Positions 10,667 to 19,367 of a stretch of DNA of 64,000 bases are shown piece by piece; the first letter of the stretch is position 1, and each line of letters opens with the position of its first letter. This stretch comes from Planctomycetota bacterium. Its GTDB lineage: Bacteria > Planctomycetota > Planctomycetia > Pirellulales > Lacipirellulaceae. The stretch covers positions 1-64,000 of the forward strand of contig JBCCXZ010000001.1 in NCBI GenBank assembly GCA_039190745.1, written 5' to 3'. Position numbers and translations under genes: made by a program. The notes under the pieces were generated by a model, which was not told the DNA's origin, ran no database searches, and worked only from the letters and a program-made list of their open reading frames with translations.

Positions 10667-11383
10667 TTACTTACAGTAGTCGGCTTCGAGCGTGTAGACC
10701 GGTTGGCCGGGCCCCCGCCGGGCGTTCTCGGGCTGGAGGCGGAGCGTGCCGCCCATCCGGAAGACGCCCGTGGCGTAATCGGTCCGCAGGTCTCCGGTCA
10801 TCTTGACCTGCATCTGGTCGTAGTACTTGATTTTGGAGATGTCGCCGAAACAGCATTCGTTGCTGTCGCGGACCAGCAAGAAGTCGGCGATGTTTTTGCG
10901 GTACGGTGTCGAGTCGGGGCGGATGTAGCCCTTGATGAAGACTCTCTTGCCTTCGAGTTCGGCAATACGGGGCGGCACTGCTTTGCCGCCCCGTTCGTCG
11001 ACTTCGTCGGGCCGGAACGCGAGGAACGAGGTCCGTTCGTAGCCGTCGGGCACTTCGGTGGCGTAGACGTACCCGGAGAACGTGACGCCGCCGATGAGGC
11101 ACGCCAGCGAGAGCGCCAACCCGGCGGAGGCGAAGGTCTTGCCGGAGTAGTGCGACGGCTCGGCACGCATCGTTCGCAGTGCTTTGGCTCCGAGGAGGGC
11201 GCCGATTACGGGGATGGGGCAGAGCGTGAGGCACCACTGGAGGCTGTCCTTGCCGGCGACGAAAACGAGCGGCGAGAGCAGGCCAAAAACCAACGCCGCG
11301 ATTGCGGCGGTGCTGAGCGGCTGGTAGTTGAACTCTTCCTCAAGGGGCAGAGTGTCGGTCGGCAGTGTCTCGACGGCTGACAT
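10667..11383 (-). CDS. Membrane protein: N-terminal TM region (DUF4190-like) plus DUF3299-like domain
   Basis: Three hydrophobic segments, then VFIKGYIRP...FLLVRDSNECCFG; ATG at 11383. Confidence 0.7.
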   Translation of the reverse strand: MSAVETLPTDTLPLEEEFNYQPLSTAAIAALVFGLLSPLVFVAGKDSLQWCLTLCPIPVIGALLGAKALRTMRAEPSHYSGKTFASAGLALSLACLIGGVTFSGYVYATEVPDGYERTSFLAFRPDEVDERGGKAVPPRIAELEGKRVFIKGYIRPDSTPYRKNIADFLLVRDSNECCFGDISKIKYYDQMQVKMTGDLRTDYATGVFRMGGTLRLQPENARRGPGQPVYTLEADYCK

Positions 11384-11415
11384 AGTACGGAGTGTCGTAG
11401 TTCTTGGGTCTGGGG

Positions 11416-12930
11416 TTAAGTTTCGCTCGTGCGGAGGTCGACCGCGCGGAGCAGCAGCGTGTAGACGCCCATGAGGAGCAGCCCGGCGAGCAGCGGGATT
11501 CCGACGATCGCGACGGTGCTCGGCGGATCGATCGGCTGCTGTGTCTTCTTGCTGGGCTGGGCGTTTGGAGCCCCGCTTGTCGCGGTGGTTTGGTCGGAGG
11601 GGCTCTTGGAATCGGCAGCGGCCGCGGGGTTGCCCGCCGCGGCACGGGGTACCAGTGCAAAGGCTGAGTACTGCCGAGCCCGTTTGACGCACTTGGGGTC
11701 CAGCTCTTCGAGTTCTTCCAGGGCGGTCGTGGCCTTGGCGGCGATCTCACCGCCCTGCTCCTCCGCAACGAGGAGGTACGAAGCCACCGGCTGGCGGATC
11801 CAGGCGTCTTGTTTGGACTCTCGGAACAGATTTACTAGCCGGTCGAGCACCGACCAATCGCCCCAGCGGGCGAGGTCGGGGACGACCTGCTCGGCGATCT
11901 CGCCATTGTCTAGCAGGAGGCGGACCGATTCGAGCAGGCGTTCTTTCGGGATGTCTTCGGTCTCCTGGCCGTGGAACCGCAGGGCCATGATGGCGGCGTA
12001 GACCTGGGTGTACTCGGCGTCGGGGTTGGCGAGGAGCCGTTCGTCGATCAGGTCCATGCCGGAGGGCCCGCGGAGCTTGAGGAAAGCGGCGATGAGAGCG
12101 TCCAAACACTGCTTTCGACGGCGTTCGTCGGCGCGGAGCAGGTCGTCGATGAGCGGCATGCCGAGGGCGGCGCCGTTGGCGCCGGCCAGGGCGATGGCGG
12201 CTTTGACGGCTGGTTGGGCTTCGCGGTAGTCGTTTCGTAGGAGCCGCTCGAGCATGTCGGCGTCGTCGGGGCCGCCGCAGATGCCGAGCATCGTGAGGTA
12301 GAGCCGGCGGCGTGTGGGGCCGACTTCAGGGTCGTTGATCCAGGCGACCAGTTGCGGGCGGTTCATCCGGGGGCCGAGGTCGATGACTTCTTGGTAAGGC
12401 GCTCTGGCGAACTCGTCGTAGGCGTCTTGGGCTAGCAGCGGGTCTTCCGATTCGAAGTGCTCTTGGAAGAATGCGAGCCGGTCGGCTCCTTTCTCGGGCA
12501 GGCCGCCGAGCGACTGGACGTACTCCACCCCCTGGGTTGTGAGCGGCAACGGCATGTTCCACTGGATCGCGTCCGGCGCGAGTCCGCTGATGAGGAACGA
12601 CTTGTCGTCTTCGGCTTGGCCGAAGTAGACGGCGCGGAACTCTTCGCCGGCAGCGATGAGGTCGCCGCCTTTGATGGCTTCTGTCACGCGGAAGGTGGCC
12701 ATGCCGGCGTCGGGGTCGGGCGGGCCCTCCGGGAGGGGGGCGTCGAGGTCGATCTCTTCGGCGGGCTCGATCAGCTCGGCGATGACGGCGACATCCATGC
12801 TCGCCATTTCTTCGGTTAGCGTCTGCGAAGTCGACGAGCAGAAGGGGCAGGCGGCCGCGGGGAGGTTTGTCGTGAACAGTGCGATGACGGCAGCGAGCGA
12901 TGCGGCATGCTTTAGTCTCAGGGTAGGCAT
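11416..12930 (-). CDS. Secreted, C-terminally anchored helical-repeat protein with N-terminal CPFC motif
   Basis: Signal peptide ending AAA|CPFCS; helical core; C-terminal hydrophobic segment. Confidence 0.75.
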   Translation of the reverse strand: MPTLRLKHAASLAAVIALFTTNLPAAACPFCSSTSQTLTEEMASMDVAVIAELIEPAEEIDLDAPLPEGPPDPDAGMATFRVTEAIKGGDLIAAGEEFRAVYFGQAEDDKSFLISGLAPDAIQWNMPLPLTTQGVEYVQSLGGLPEKGADRLAFFQEHFESEDPLLAQDAYDEFARAPYQEVIDLGPRMNRPQLVAWINDPEVGPTRRRLYLTMLGICGGPDDADMLERLLRNDYREAQPAVKAAIALAGANGAALGMPLIDDLLRADERRRKQCLDALIAAFLKLRGPSGMDLIDERLLANPDAEYTQVYAAIMALRFHGQETEDIPKERLLESVRLLLDNGEIAEQVVPDLARWGDWSVLDRLVNLFRESKQDAWIRQPVASYLLVAEEQGGEIAAKATTALEELEELDPKCVKRARQYSAFALVPRAAAGNPAAAADSKSPSDQTTATSGAPNAQPSKKTQQPIDPPSTVAIVGIPLLAGLLLMGVYTLLLRAVDLRTSET

Positions 12931-13015
12931 GACGGGCACTCGTGGGGACAGAAACGAACTCGTGGGCTAGCTGCCTATTCTACCGACGGGGGGCCCCCCC
13001 GGGCAGTGTATTCGG

Positions 13016-14335
13016 CTAGCGGCCGCCGCCGAGGGCCCGGCCGACATCGGTGCGGTAGGCGGTCATAGCGGGCATGAAACCCACCAGCGATGCGAACGCC
13101 ACCAGCCCGGGGACGAGCAGGGCCTCCTGCCAGTTGAAGTCCCAGAAGGAGACCGCGACGCCGGCGTGTTCTTCGACAACGGGCGCCGCCAACGCGAGGA
13201 CGGTGTGCCCGATGAGCACGCCGGCGAGGCCGCCCAGCAGCGAGAGCAAGATGGACTCGACGAGCACGATCGACATCACGGCGTTGCGGCTGGCCCCCAG
13301 GGCGCGCATGACGGCGATGTCGTGAGCGCGCTCGGCCATGGAGTTGTAGATGCTCACCAGGATGCTGATGCCGGCGACGATGACAATCAGCACGGTGAGC
13401 ACCATGAGTACCATCTGCACGGGTTTGACGAAGCTGTCTTGCAAGCGTTGCACCTGGTAACGGGGGGCGACGGCCTGGGCGATGCGGTCTTTGCCCTTGT
13501 TGATTTGCGTGTCGAGGATCTGGGCGCCGAAGCTGTCTTTGCAGCGGACGAGGATGGAGGTGACCTCGCGCTGGGCCTCGGGCAACGGGCGTGGGTTGCC
13601 GTTCTCGTCGGGGGGCGGGATGGTCGGCGGGGTGGGCTGGCCCTCGACCGGCTCGGGCGTGAGCGCGTGGCCTTCGAGCAGGTAGAAGCCTTCCATATTG
13701 GCGAACAACGCGCGGTCGTTTGCGGTGCCGGTGCGTTTGAGGACGCCGACAATCTTGAACTGGCGGTGCTTGTCGCCGGCGGAGCCGAGGCCGTGGGTGG
13801 GCTCGAACAAGTCCCCGACCTTGAGGCCGCACTTGCGTGCGACTCGAGACCCGACGACCGCTTCAAAGAAGTTCTCGGTCTTGAAATTCCGGCCGTCGGC
13901 AAACTCGTAATTCTGTTCGGTGCCGTCTTCGTTGGCGCCGTAGGGGAGCCGTTCGAACAGGTCGGGCGTGGTAGCGACGACGCGGAAGACCTGCCCTCCG
14001 CCGACGAAACTGTCGCCCAGGCAGTAGGGGATCGCGACCTCGGTGTACGGGGCGAGGTCGCCGTCGACGAATCGTTTGTAGTAGCTGTACGGGATCGGGT
14101 AGAGCGGCTTGTCGAGGTGGAAGACGGTGTTGAGCACCAATTGGAGCGAGCCGCCCTTGCCGCCGACGATAAGGTTGTAGCCCTGGGCGTCGTTTTCGAG
14201 CTGGTCGACGACGACGCCGTAGACGACGATCACGAGGATCATCAGCGCAACGCCCAAAGCCATCGAAAGGCCGGTAAGCGACGACGCGAGTGCCCGCTGC
14301 TGCATGTTTCGCCAGGCGATCTTCCAGAAGCTCAT
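13016..14335 (-). CDS. ABC transporter permease, MacB/FtsX family
   Basis: IAWRN N-terminus, GGKGGSLQLVLNTVFH, ERAHDIAVMRALGAS, 1+3 TM topology. Confidence 0.9.
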   Translation of the reverse strand: MSFWKIAWRNMQQRALASSLTGLSMALGVALMILVIVVYGVVVDQLENDAQGYNLIVGGKGGSLQLVLNTVFHLDKPLYPIPYSYYKRFVDGDLAPYTEVAIPYCLGDSFVGGGQVFRVVATTPDLFERLPYGANEDGTEQNYEFADGRNFKTENFFEAVVGSRVARKCGLKVGDLFEPTHGLGSAGDKHRQFKIVGVLKRTGTANDRALFANMEGFYLLEGHALTPEPVEGQPTPPTIPPPDENGNPRPLPEAQREVTSILVRCKDSFGAQILDTQINKGKDRIAQAVAPRYQVQRLQDSFVKPVQMVLMVLTVLIVIVAGISILVSIYNSMAERAHDIAVMRALGASRNAVMSIVLVESILLSLLGGLAGVLIGHTVLALAAPVVEEHAGVAVSFWDFNWQEALLVPGLVAFASLVGFMPAMTAYRTDVGRALGGGR

Positions 14336-15003
14336 ACGGCCCCCACAACGCGGTTGACGTCTTCGAGGTGCTCGACGCGGTCGAACTGGTCGGCGACCTC
14401 AGGGGAGTGGGTCACCAGGAGCATGGCGACTTCCTCGCGGCTACAGGCCTCGCGGAGAACATCGATTACCTGTTGCTGATGGGCAGAGTCGACGTTAGCG
14501 GTGGGCTCGTCGGCTAGCAGTAGAGCTGGCTTGTTGGCGAGCGCGCGGGCGACAGCGACACGTTGCTGTTCGCCGACGGAGAGGGCGGCCGGCTTGTGCG
14601 TGAGGCGGTGTCCCAGGCCGAGGTCTGCTAGCAGGGTGGCGGCGCGGTCGTGATCGACACGCTGGCCGGTGAAGGTCATGCCCAGCAGAACGTTCTCGAT
14701 GGCGGAGAAGCCCTGCAGGAGGTTGAAGGTTTGGAACACGTAGCCGATGAACCGGGCTCGGAAGCGGTCGCGGGCGACTTCGGGCAGGCCGGTGACGTCG
14801 GTGCCTCGGAGGGTGATTTGGCCGCGGTCGACGGTGGTTAGGCCGGCGATGCAATTGAGCAGGGTGGTTTTACCGCAGCCGCTGCGTCCGCGGAGGACGA
14901 CCTGCTCGCCGGCGTCGATCTGGAACCGCTCGACGTCGAGAATCGGCAGGGGCGTGCCGTCGGGCTCGCGGTAGGCTTTGCTGACGTCTTCGAGCAGGAG
15001 CAT
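14332..15003 (-). CDS. ABC transporter ATP-binding protein (LolD/MacB type)
   Basis: Walker A GRSGCGKTT, LSVGEQQRVAVARA, LADEPTANVD, VTHS; ATG at 15003; 4-nt overlap with the permease. Confidence 0.93.
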   Translation of the reverse strand: MLLLEDVSKAYREPDGTPLPILDVERFQIDAGEQVVLRGRSGCGKTTLLNCIAGLTTVDRGQITLRGTDVTGLPEVARDRFRARFIGYVFQTFNLLQGFSAIENVLLGMTFTGQRVDHDRAATLLADLGLGHRLTHKPAALSVGEQQRVAVARALANKPALLLADEPTANVDSAHQQQVIDVLREACSREEVAMLLVTHSPEVADQFDRVEHLEDVNRVVGAV

Positions 15004-15286
15004 CGGTAGGATCGTCGAGGCGGGGTGTAGTCGCGGCGAGGTGGACCGGGCAGGCCGGCGTGGCATGATAGGGCAAACCGGCAGGAGGCACAGCCTGAAT
15101 TGGGTGCTCAGAAGCATGCTGCTACGGGAGGAGCCACGAGAGGGTTCGACCGAAGGGCAAAAGCTACAAGGTTGCTTGCCTTAAGTTACAAGCGTCTTCC
15201 TGGCTTATTTTGATGGGAGCCGGCGAAACCCGCGGATATCGCCAGTTTCTGGGGAGTCGGGCCGCCAACCCGAGTGCAGGCCTTGA

Positions 15287-15303
15287 TTGGCATCGGCTTT
15301 GCT
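15287..15303 (+). promoter_or_regulatory. Sigma54 (-24/-12) promoter
   Basis: TTGGCATCGGCTTTGCT has exact GG-N10-GC spacing, close to consensus TGGCACG-N4-TTGCW; predicted +1 about 15314. Confidence 0.7.
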
Positions 15304-15313
15304 TTCCTAGAGT

Positions 15314-15458
15314 GGTGTTGAAGAGACAGCCGGGCGGCGGCCCTCACCGACCCCCGACCCGGCGGGAAGCTCCAAACCACGGCTCTTCACACATTCGACG
15401 TCTCCCCCCTCAAGGGCTGGCGAGGTTTCCCGCACCTCGCCGGCCCTTTGTTTTTTTT
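15314..15458 (+). ncRNA. Candidate sigma54-dependent small RNA (~145 nt)
   Basis: Starts at the predicted sigma54 +1; 5' gtgttgaagag pairs with ctcttcacac (15383-15392); ends in an intrinsic terminator; no convincing ORF. Confidence 0.55.
15412..15458 (+). terminator. Rho-independent terminator
   Basis: aagggctggcgagg / cctcgccggccctt 14-bp stem (one G-U pair) followed by tgtttttttt. Confidence 0.9.
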
Positions 15459-15572
15459 GGGGCGTTGCCTGCCGCTATCTGAAGATCGCTCGCCGGCCAC
15501 TCGCTGGGGGGGTAGTGCAAGCACTACACTGAGCCCGTTCTGCTGGCGAAAAGTTTTGTGGGAGCTGCGCGG

Positions 15573-17036
15573 ATGAGTGGTGCGGATCAGGAGAGCCTTG
15601 CGGTCCGGCGGGCCGAGGCGGAGCGGTTTCTGCTCGACCGGATCAACTACGAGACCTTCCGCTCGATCCCTTATTCTCAGCGGAACCTGAAGCTCGACCG
15701 GATGCGTCGGCTGCTCTCCAAGCTGGGCGATCCCGACGCGGGGATGCCGATCGTGCACGTGGCGGGGACGAAGGGCAAAGGCTCGACCAGCGCGTTGATC
15801 GCCGGCATCTTGCACGCGGCCGGTTACGACGTGGGCGTGTTCAGCTCGCCGCACATGAATCGGCTGGAAGAGCGTTTCAGCATCAACGGCGTGCCTTGCC
15901 CTGCCGAACAGTTTGTGGGGCTTGTCGAGCAAATCCGGCCGGTTGTCAGGCAGTTAGACGAGGCGGCCGTCGAAAGCGGCGACCCACAGGTGCGGCCCAC
16001 TTTCTTTGAGTTGGTGACCGCCGTTGCGTTGATGCACTTCGCCCAGCGGCGGGTCGACGCGGTGGTTTTGGAAGTCGGCCTGGGGGGGCGGCTAGACAGC
16101 ACCAATGTGTGCCAGCCTTTGGTCACGGTCATCACAGCGATCGGCTTCGACCACATGAAGCAGCTCGGCTCGACGCTGGAGGAGATCGCCGCGGAGAAGG
16201 CTGGTATCGTGAAGCCGGGCGTGCCGCTGGTGTGCGGCCGGGTGGCGCCGGGGCCGCGGGCGGTGATCGCCGGGGTGGCCCGGAAGCATGGTTGCCGGGT
16301 GATTGAGGCTGGGCGGGATTTTTCCTACCGCTACGAGCCGCCCAGCGGGGGCCGGCGAGGAACCCTCGATTACCGGCGAGAAGGCGGCGTCGAGTTAAGC
16401 GGCGCCGAGCTGGCGATGGTCGGTCAGCACCAGGCGGCCAACGCGGCCGCGGCAGTCGCCGCCTTGGGCGAGCTCCGCGACCGGGGGTGGTCGGTGCCCG
16501 ACGAGGCGATCGTGGACGGGCTGCGGCAAACGAGCCTGCCCGGGCGCTTCGAGATTGTCGAGGGCTCCCCGACCGTTGTGCTCGACGCGGCCCACAATAT
16601 GCCGTCTGCCGAGGCGTTGGCGGCGACGCTCGAATCGCTCCGTTGTCCGCCGGGGCGGGTGCTGTTGTACGCCGGCACACGCGAAAAGGACATCCGCGGG
16701 ATGGTCCGGGCGCTGCTGCCGGCGTTCCGGCACGTGGTTGTCACCCAGTACCGCGACAGCCAACGGGCGGTCGACCCGGAGGCGGCTGCGGCGATGTTCC
16801 GCGAGGAAGCTGCGCTACTCGGCCGCGGGGCCGACAACCACAAGGTATTGGTGGCCGAGGATTCCGCTAGCGGGCTCGACGAAGCTTGCCGGTTGGCGGG
16901 CGGGGATCAGTGGGTCTGCATCACCGGTTCGTTTTTCATCGTGGCAGAGTTAAGGGCACGCGTGCTGGCGGCGGCGAAGCCGCGGCAACCGGGGGACTGC
17001 TCGCGAGAATCGGACCAGATGTCGCAGAGCACGTAG
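15573..17036 (+). CDS. folC: Bifunctional folylpolyglutamate synthase/dihydrofolate synthase
   Basis: HVAGTKGKGST, SSPH, TFFE, LEVGLGGRLDSTN, DH..LG, EKAGI, LDAAHN, ITGSFF. Confidence 0.96.
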   Translation: MSGADQESLAVRRAEAERFLLDRINYETFRSIPYSQRNLKLDRMRRLLSKLGDPDAGMPIVHVAGTKGKGSTSALIAGILHAAGYDVGVFSSPHMNRLEERFSINGVPCPAEQFVGLVEQIRPVVRQLDEAAVESGDPQVRPTFFELVTAVALMHFAQRRVDAVVLEVGLGGRLDSTNVCQPLVTVITAIGFDHMKQLGSTLEEIAAEKAGIVKPGVPLVCGRVAPGPRAVIAGVARKHGCRVIEAGRDFSYRYEPPSGGRRGTLDYRREGGVELSGAELAMVGQHQAANAAAAVAALGELRDRGWSVPDEAIVDGLRQTSLPGRFEIVEGSPTVVLDAAHNMPSAEALAATLESLRCPPGRVLLYAGTREKDIRGMVRALLPAFRHVVVTQYRDSQRAVDPEAAAAMFREEAALLGRGADNHKVLVAEDSASGLDEACRLAGGDQWVCITGSFFIVAELRARVLAAAKPRQPGDCSRESDQMSQST

Positions 17037-17068
17037 TAGGTCATGCAGCAGCAAATGAGGGTCAGCAT
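16907..17068 (-). CDS. Putative 53-aa small protein MLTLICCCMTYYVLCDIWSD..., antisense-overlapping the folC 3' end
   Basis: Strong SD AAAGGAG 7 nt before ATG 17068; hydrophobic Cys-rich N-terminus. Confidence 0.4.
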   Translation of the reverse strand: MLTLICCCMTYYVLCDIWSDSREQSPGCRGFAAASTRALNSATMKNEPVMQTH

Positions 17069-17147
17069 CGCGGGACTCCTTTCGCGGTTCAAATCTCGGC
17101 CCGATGATCCATCATCGGAGGCCATTCTGTCGCGGCGACTCCGGGGG

Positions 17148-17492
17148 TTACTCCCCGGGTTCGCCGGTCGGCTCGGTGAGCCGTGTCCAGTTGGGCTCGT
17201 CGCCCCAGTCCCAGTCGGCGTCAGTCACGGGGCTGGGCGGCTCGAGGTCCGCTTGCGGCGCCGTGTTGCGGCTGGGGTTCAGGTGCTTGAGTCGTTGGTT
17301 CATAGCTCGGTCTTCACGCGCCCGGTCTTCCCGGACTTCCTTCTGTAGGTTCTCAACGAGTTGGCAGATGTATGGGTCGGCCCAGGGCAGCAGGTCGCTG
17401 GGGCGAGAGCGGAAGCGGTCGGAGGCGACCTCTTGCTCGTGGACTCGTACGATCGTGCAAACAACTCTCCGCGTAGTGCGTGGCGCAACCAT
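17148..17492 (-). CDS. Hypothetical protein (114 aa)
   Basis: Purine-rich RBS gagggaagaag before ATG; protein-like motifs LPWADPYICQLV and DWDWGDEP; downstream of a sigma54 promoter. Confidence 0.65.
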   Translation of the reverse strand: MVAPRTTRRVVCTIVRVHEQEVASDRFRSRPSDLLPWADPYICQLVENLQKEVREDRAREDRAMNQRLKHLNPSRNTAPQADLEPPSPVTDADWDWGDEPNWTRLTEPTGEPGE

Positions 17493-17689
17493 GGCTTCTT
17501 CCCTCTTTTCGTGGGGCGTGAACGGCCCGGATCAAGATGCAAAAAAGACTCGAATGGAAGAGCGTCACGTCCCGCGGCGAGCCAGCCAGTTCCTCTGGCC
17601 TCGTCGATCGGCCTGCGACTTGGGGTGTTCGATCGTGGCGATCATCGCGACCCCCAGCAGCCTGCTGGCCGCTGTTGCTTATGTTCTAG

Positions 17690-17706
17690 AGCATCCGCCG
17701 TGCCAA
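17690..17706 (-). promoter_or_regulatory. Sigma54 (-24/-12) promoter
   Basis: Minus strand TTGGCACGGCGGATGCT: perfect TGGCACG box and GG-N10-GC spacing. Confidence 0.7.
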
Positions 17707-17745
17707 AACTGTGTTGCCCTGCCGTAGGAATGGAATTGGTATTGG

Positions 17746-17758
17746 TAAGTTATTGATC
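17746..17758 (-). promoter_or_regulatory. IHF-like binding site
   Basis: Minus strand gATCAAtaacTTA versus consensus WATCAAnnnnTTR, just upstream of the sigma54 promoter. Confidence 0.5.
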
Positions 17759-17819
17759 TGCATTGGTTTACGGCGGAAATGGCCAAGTCCGGAGAGCAGG
17801 GGGCGGCCGTGCAGATTCG

Positions 17820-17855
17820 TTGCAAAGCCAGGAAGGACTTGCAAAGCCTCGGAAG
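17820..17855. repeat. Tandem direct repeat TTGCAAAGCC-(A/TC)-GGAAG x2, candidate enhancer (UAS)
   Basis: Copies begin at 17820 and 17839. Confidence 0.6.
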
Positions 17856-17911
17856 AGAGCCTGAACACAGGATCCGACACTAGGCGGAAGGCTGGGCTGG
17901 TTGCGGTGAGG

Positions 17912-19240
17912 TTACCGATTGAGCTGTTGCCGGAGGCAGTCGATGGCCGCGTCCAGGGCATCGTCGGCGTATCCGGCGGGGAGCGGCCCCGGGTCTTTGT
18001 CGAACTGCTCGGCGACGACCCCGTCGGTCTTGGTTCCGAGGATGTCGCGGCGGCGGCGGTAGTTCCTCCAGTTGAGGTAGTCCTCTTCGGAGAGTTCGAC
18101 TCGCAGGCCCGAGTCTGGCGAGACGCCCCACTCTTCGGTTTCGGGAGCGTCGGGCATCCGATGGATGTTCTTGCCGCTGGGACGCCAGTACGTGGCCGAG
18201 GTGAGCTTCAGGATGCTGCGGCCCGACTCGACGGGCATGAGCCGTTGGACGGTGCCTTTGCCGTAGGTCCGCTCGCCGACAATCGCCGCCTGTTCGTAGT
18301 CCTGCAGGCAGGCGGCGACGATCTCGCTGGCGCTCGCGCTGTTCTTGTTGACGAGTATCGCGAGCGGCACGTCGGTGTAGCGTCCCTTGCCTGTGGAGAC
18401 GAAGCGGTCGCGGACGAGCGCGTCGCGCCCGCGCGTGGTAACGATAGGCAACCCCGCTCGGAGGAACATGTCGCTGATGCCGACCGCCGCGTCGAGAGCC
18501 CCGCCGTAGTTGTCTCGTACATCGAGGATGAACGCCTCGGCTCCGGCTTTCGTGGTCTCCCGCATCACGGTGTCGAGTTCCTCTTCGGTCTTGTCGCCGA
18601 AGTTGATCAGTCGGATGTAGGCGATCCGGGGTTCGTGCGGGAGTTGGAAGACCCAACGGCCGTCGTCGTCGCGTATGTCGCCGCGGACCGACTCGACGTT
18701 GATGACGGCCCGGGTGAGGCTGACGTCTTCAGGCTCGGTTTCTCCTTGGTGGCGGAGGGTGAGCACGACGGGCTCCCCCGGTTCTCCGCGGGTGAGGCCG
18801 ACGATTTCAGAGATGGGGAGCCCCTCGGTCGGCGTGCCGTCGACGGCGAGGATTACGTCGCCAGAACGGATGTCGGCGAGGAAGGCGGGCGTGCCGGGTT
18901 GGGGCGGGCCGACGACGATGGGCATCGGCGGTTCGCCGAGCAGCCCGAGCCGGATCCCCACGCCGCCGAACTCCTGGCGGAGTTCCAGACGAAACTCGCC
19001 CTGGACCTGTTCGGGGACGAAGACGGAGTGGTCGTCGCCGTCGCTCCTCAACTCGTTGACCATGCCCCGCATGGCGCCTTCGAACAGCCGCTGGTCGGGC
19101 ACGTCCTGAAGGGCCCAGCGTTCGATCACCGAGTAGCCGTCGGAGACGTAGCGAGCGTAGGGGTTCTGCTCGGCCCGTACGTAGCAGGTGTACGAGAGGA
19201 CAAGTGTGAACAGGATGATGAGCAGGTTGCGTTGCGACAT
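17912..19240 (-). CDS. S41A C-terminal processing peptidase with PDZ domain (CtpA/Prc-like)
   Basis: FGGVGI PDZ, LDVRDNYGG, SASASEIVA, GERTYGKGTVQ, GVSPD. Confidence 0.93.
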   Translation of the reverse strand: MSQRNLLIILFTLVLSYTCYVRAEQNPYARYVSDGYSVIERWALQDVPDQRLFEGAMRGMVNELRSDGDDHSVFVPEQVQGEFRLELRQEFGGVGIRLGLLGEPPMPIVVGPPQPGTPAFLADIRSGDVILAVDGTPTEGLPISEIVGLTRGEPGEPVVLTLRHQGETEPEDVSLTRAVINVESVRGDIRDDDGRWVFQLPHEPRIAYIRLINFGDKTEEELDTVMRETTKAGAEAFILDVRDNYGGALDAAVGISDMFLRAGLPIVTTRGRDALVRDRFVSTGKGRYTDVPLAILVNKNSASASEIVAACLQDYEQAAIVGERTYGKGTVQRLMPVESGRSILKLTSATYWRPSGKNIHRMPDAPETEEWGVSPDSGLRVELSEEDYLNWRNYRRRRDILGTKTDGVVAEQFDKDPGPLPAGYADDALDAAIDCLRQQLNR

Positions 19241-19367
19241 GTCGCCGTGGCCGGGCTATGCCGCCTCGCCGCTCGGGATGGGCGGCGGCAGCGGCGCCTG
19301 ATTGTCGACCGACGGCGGGCGGCCGTCAATCAACGACCGCTCCGGCGGGTGGGCGGAGGGGGATCGG

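Noticed and set aside
15121..15200. GGGCAAAAGCTACAAGG, reminiscent of a c-di-GMP-I riboswitch
   Set aside because: No GNRA-capped P2 stem or matching P1/P3 arrangement could be built.
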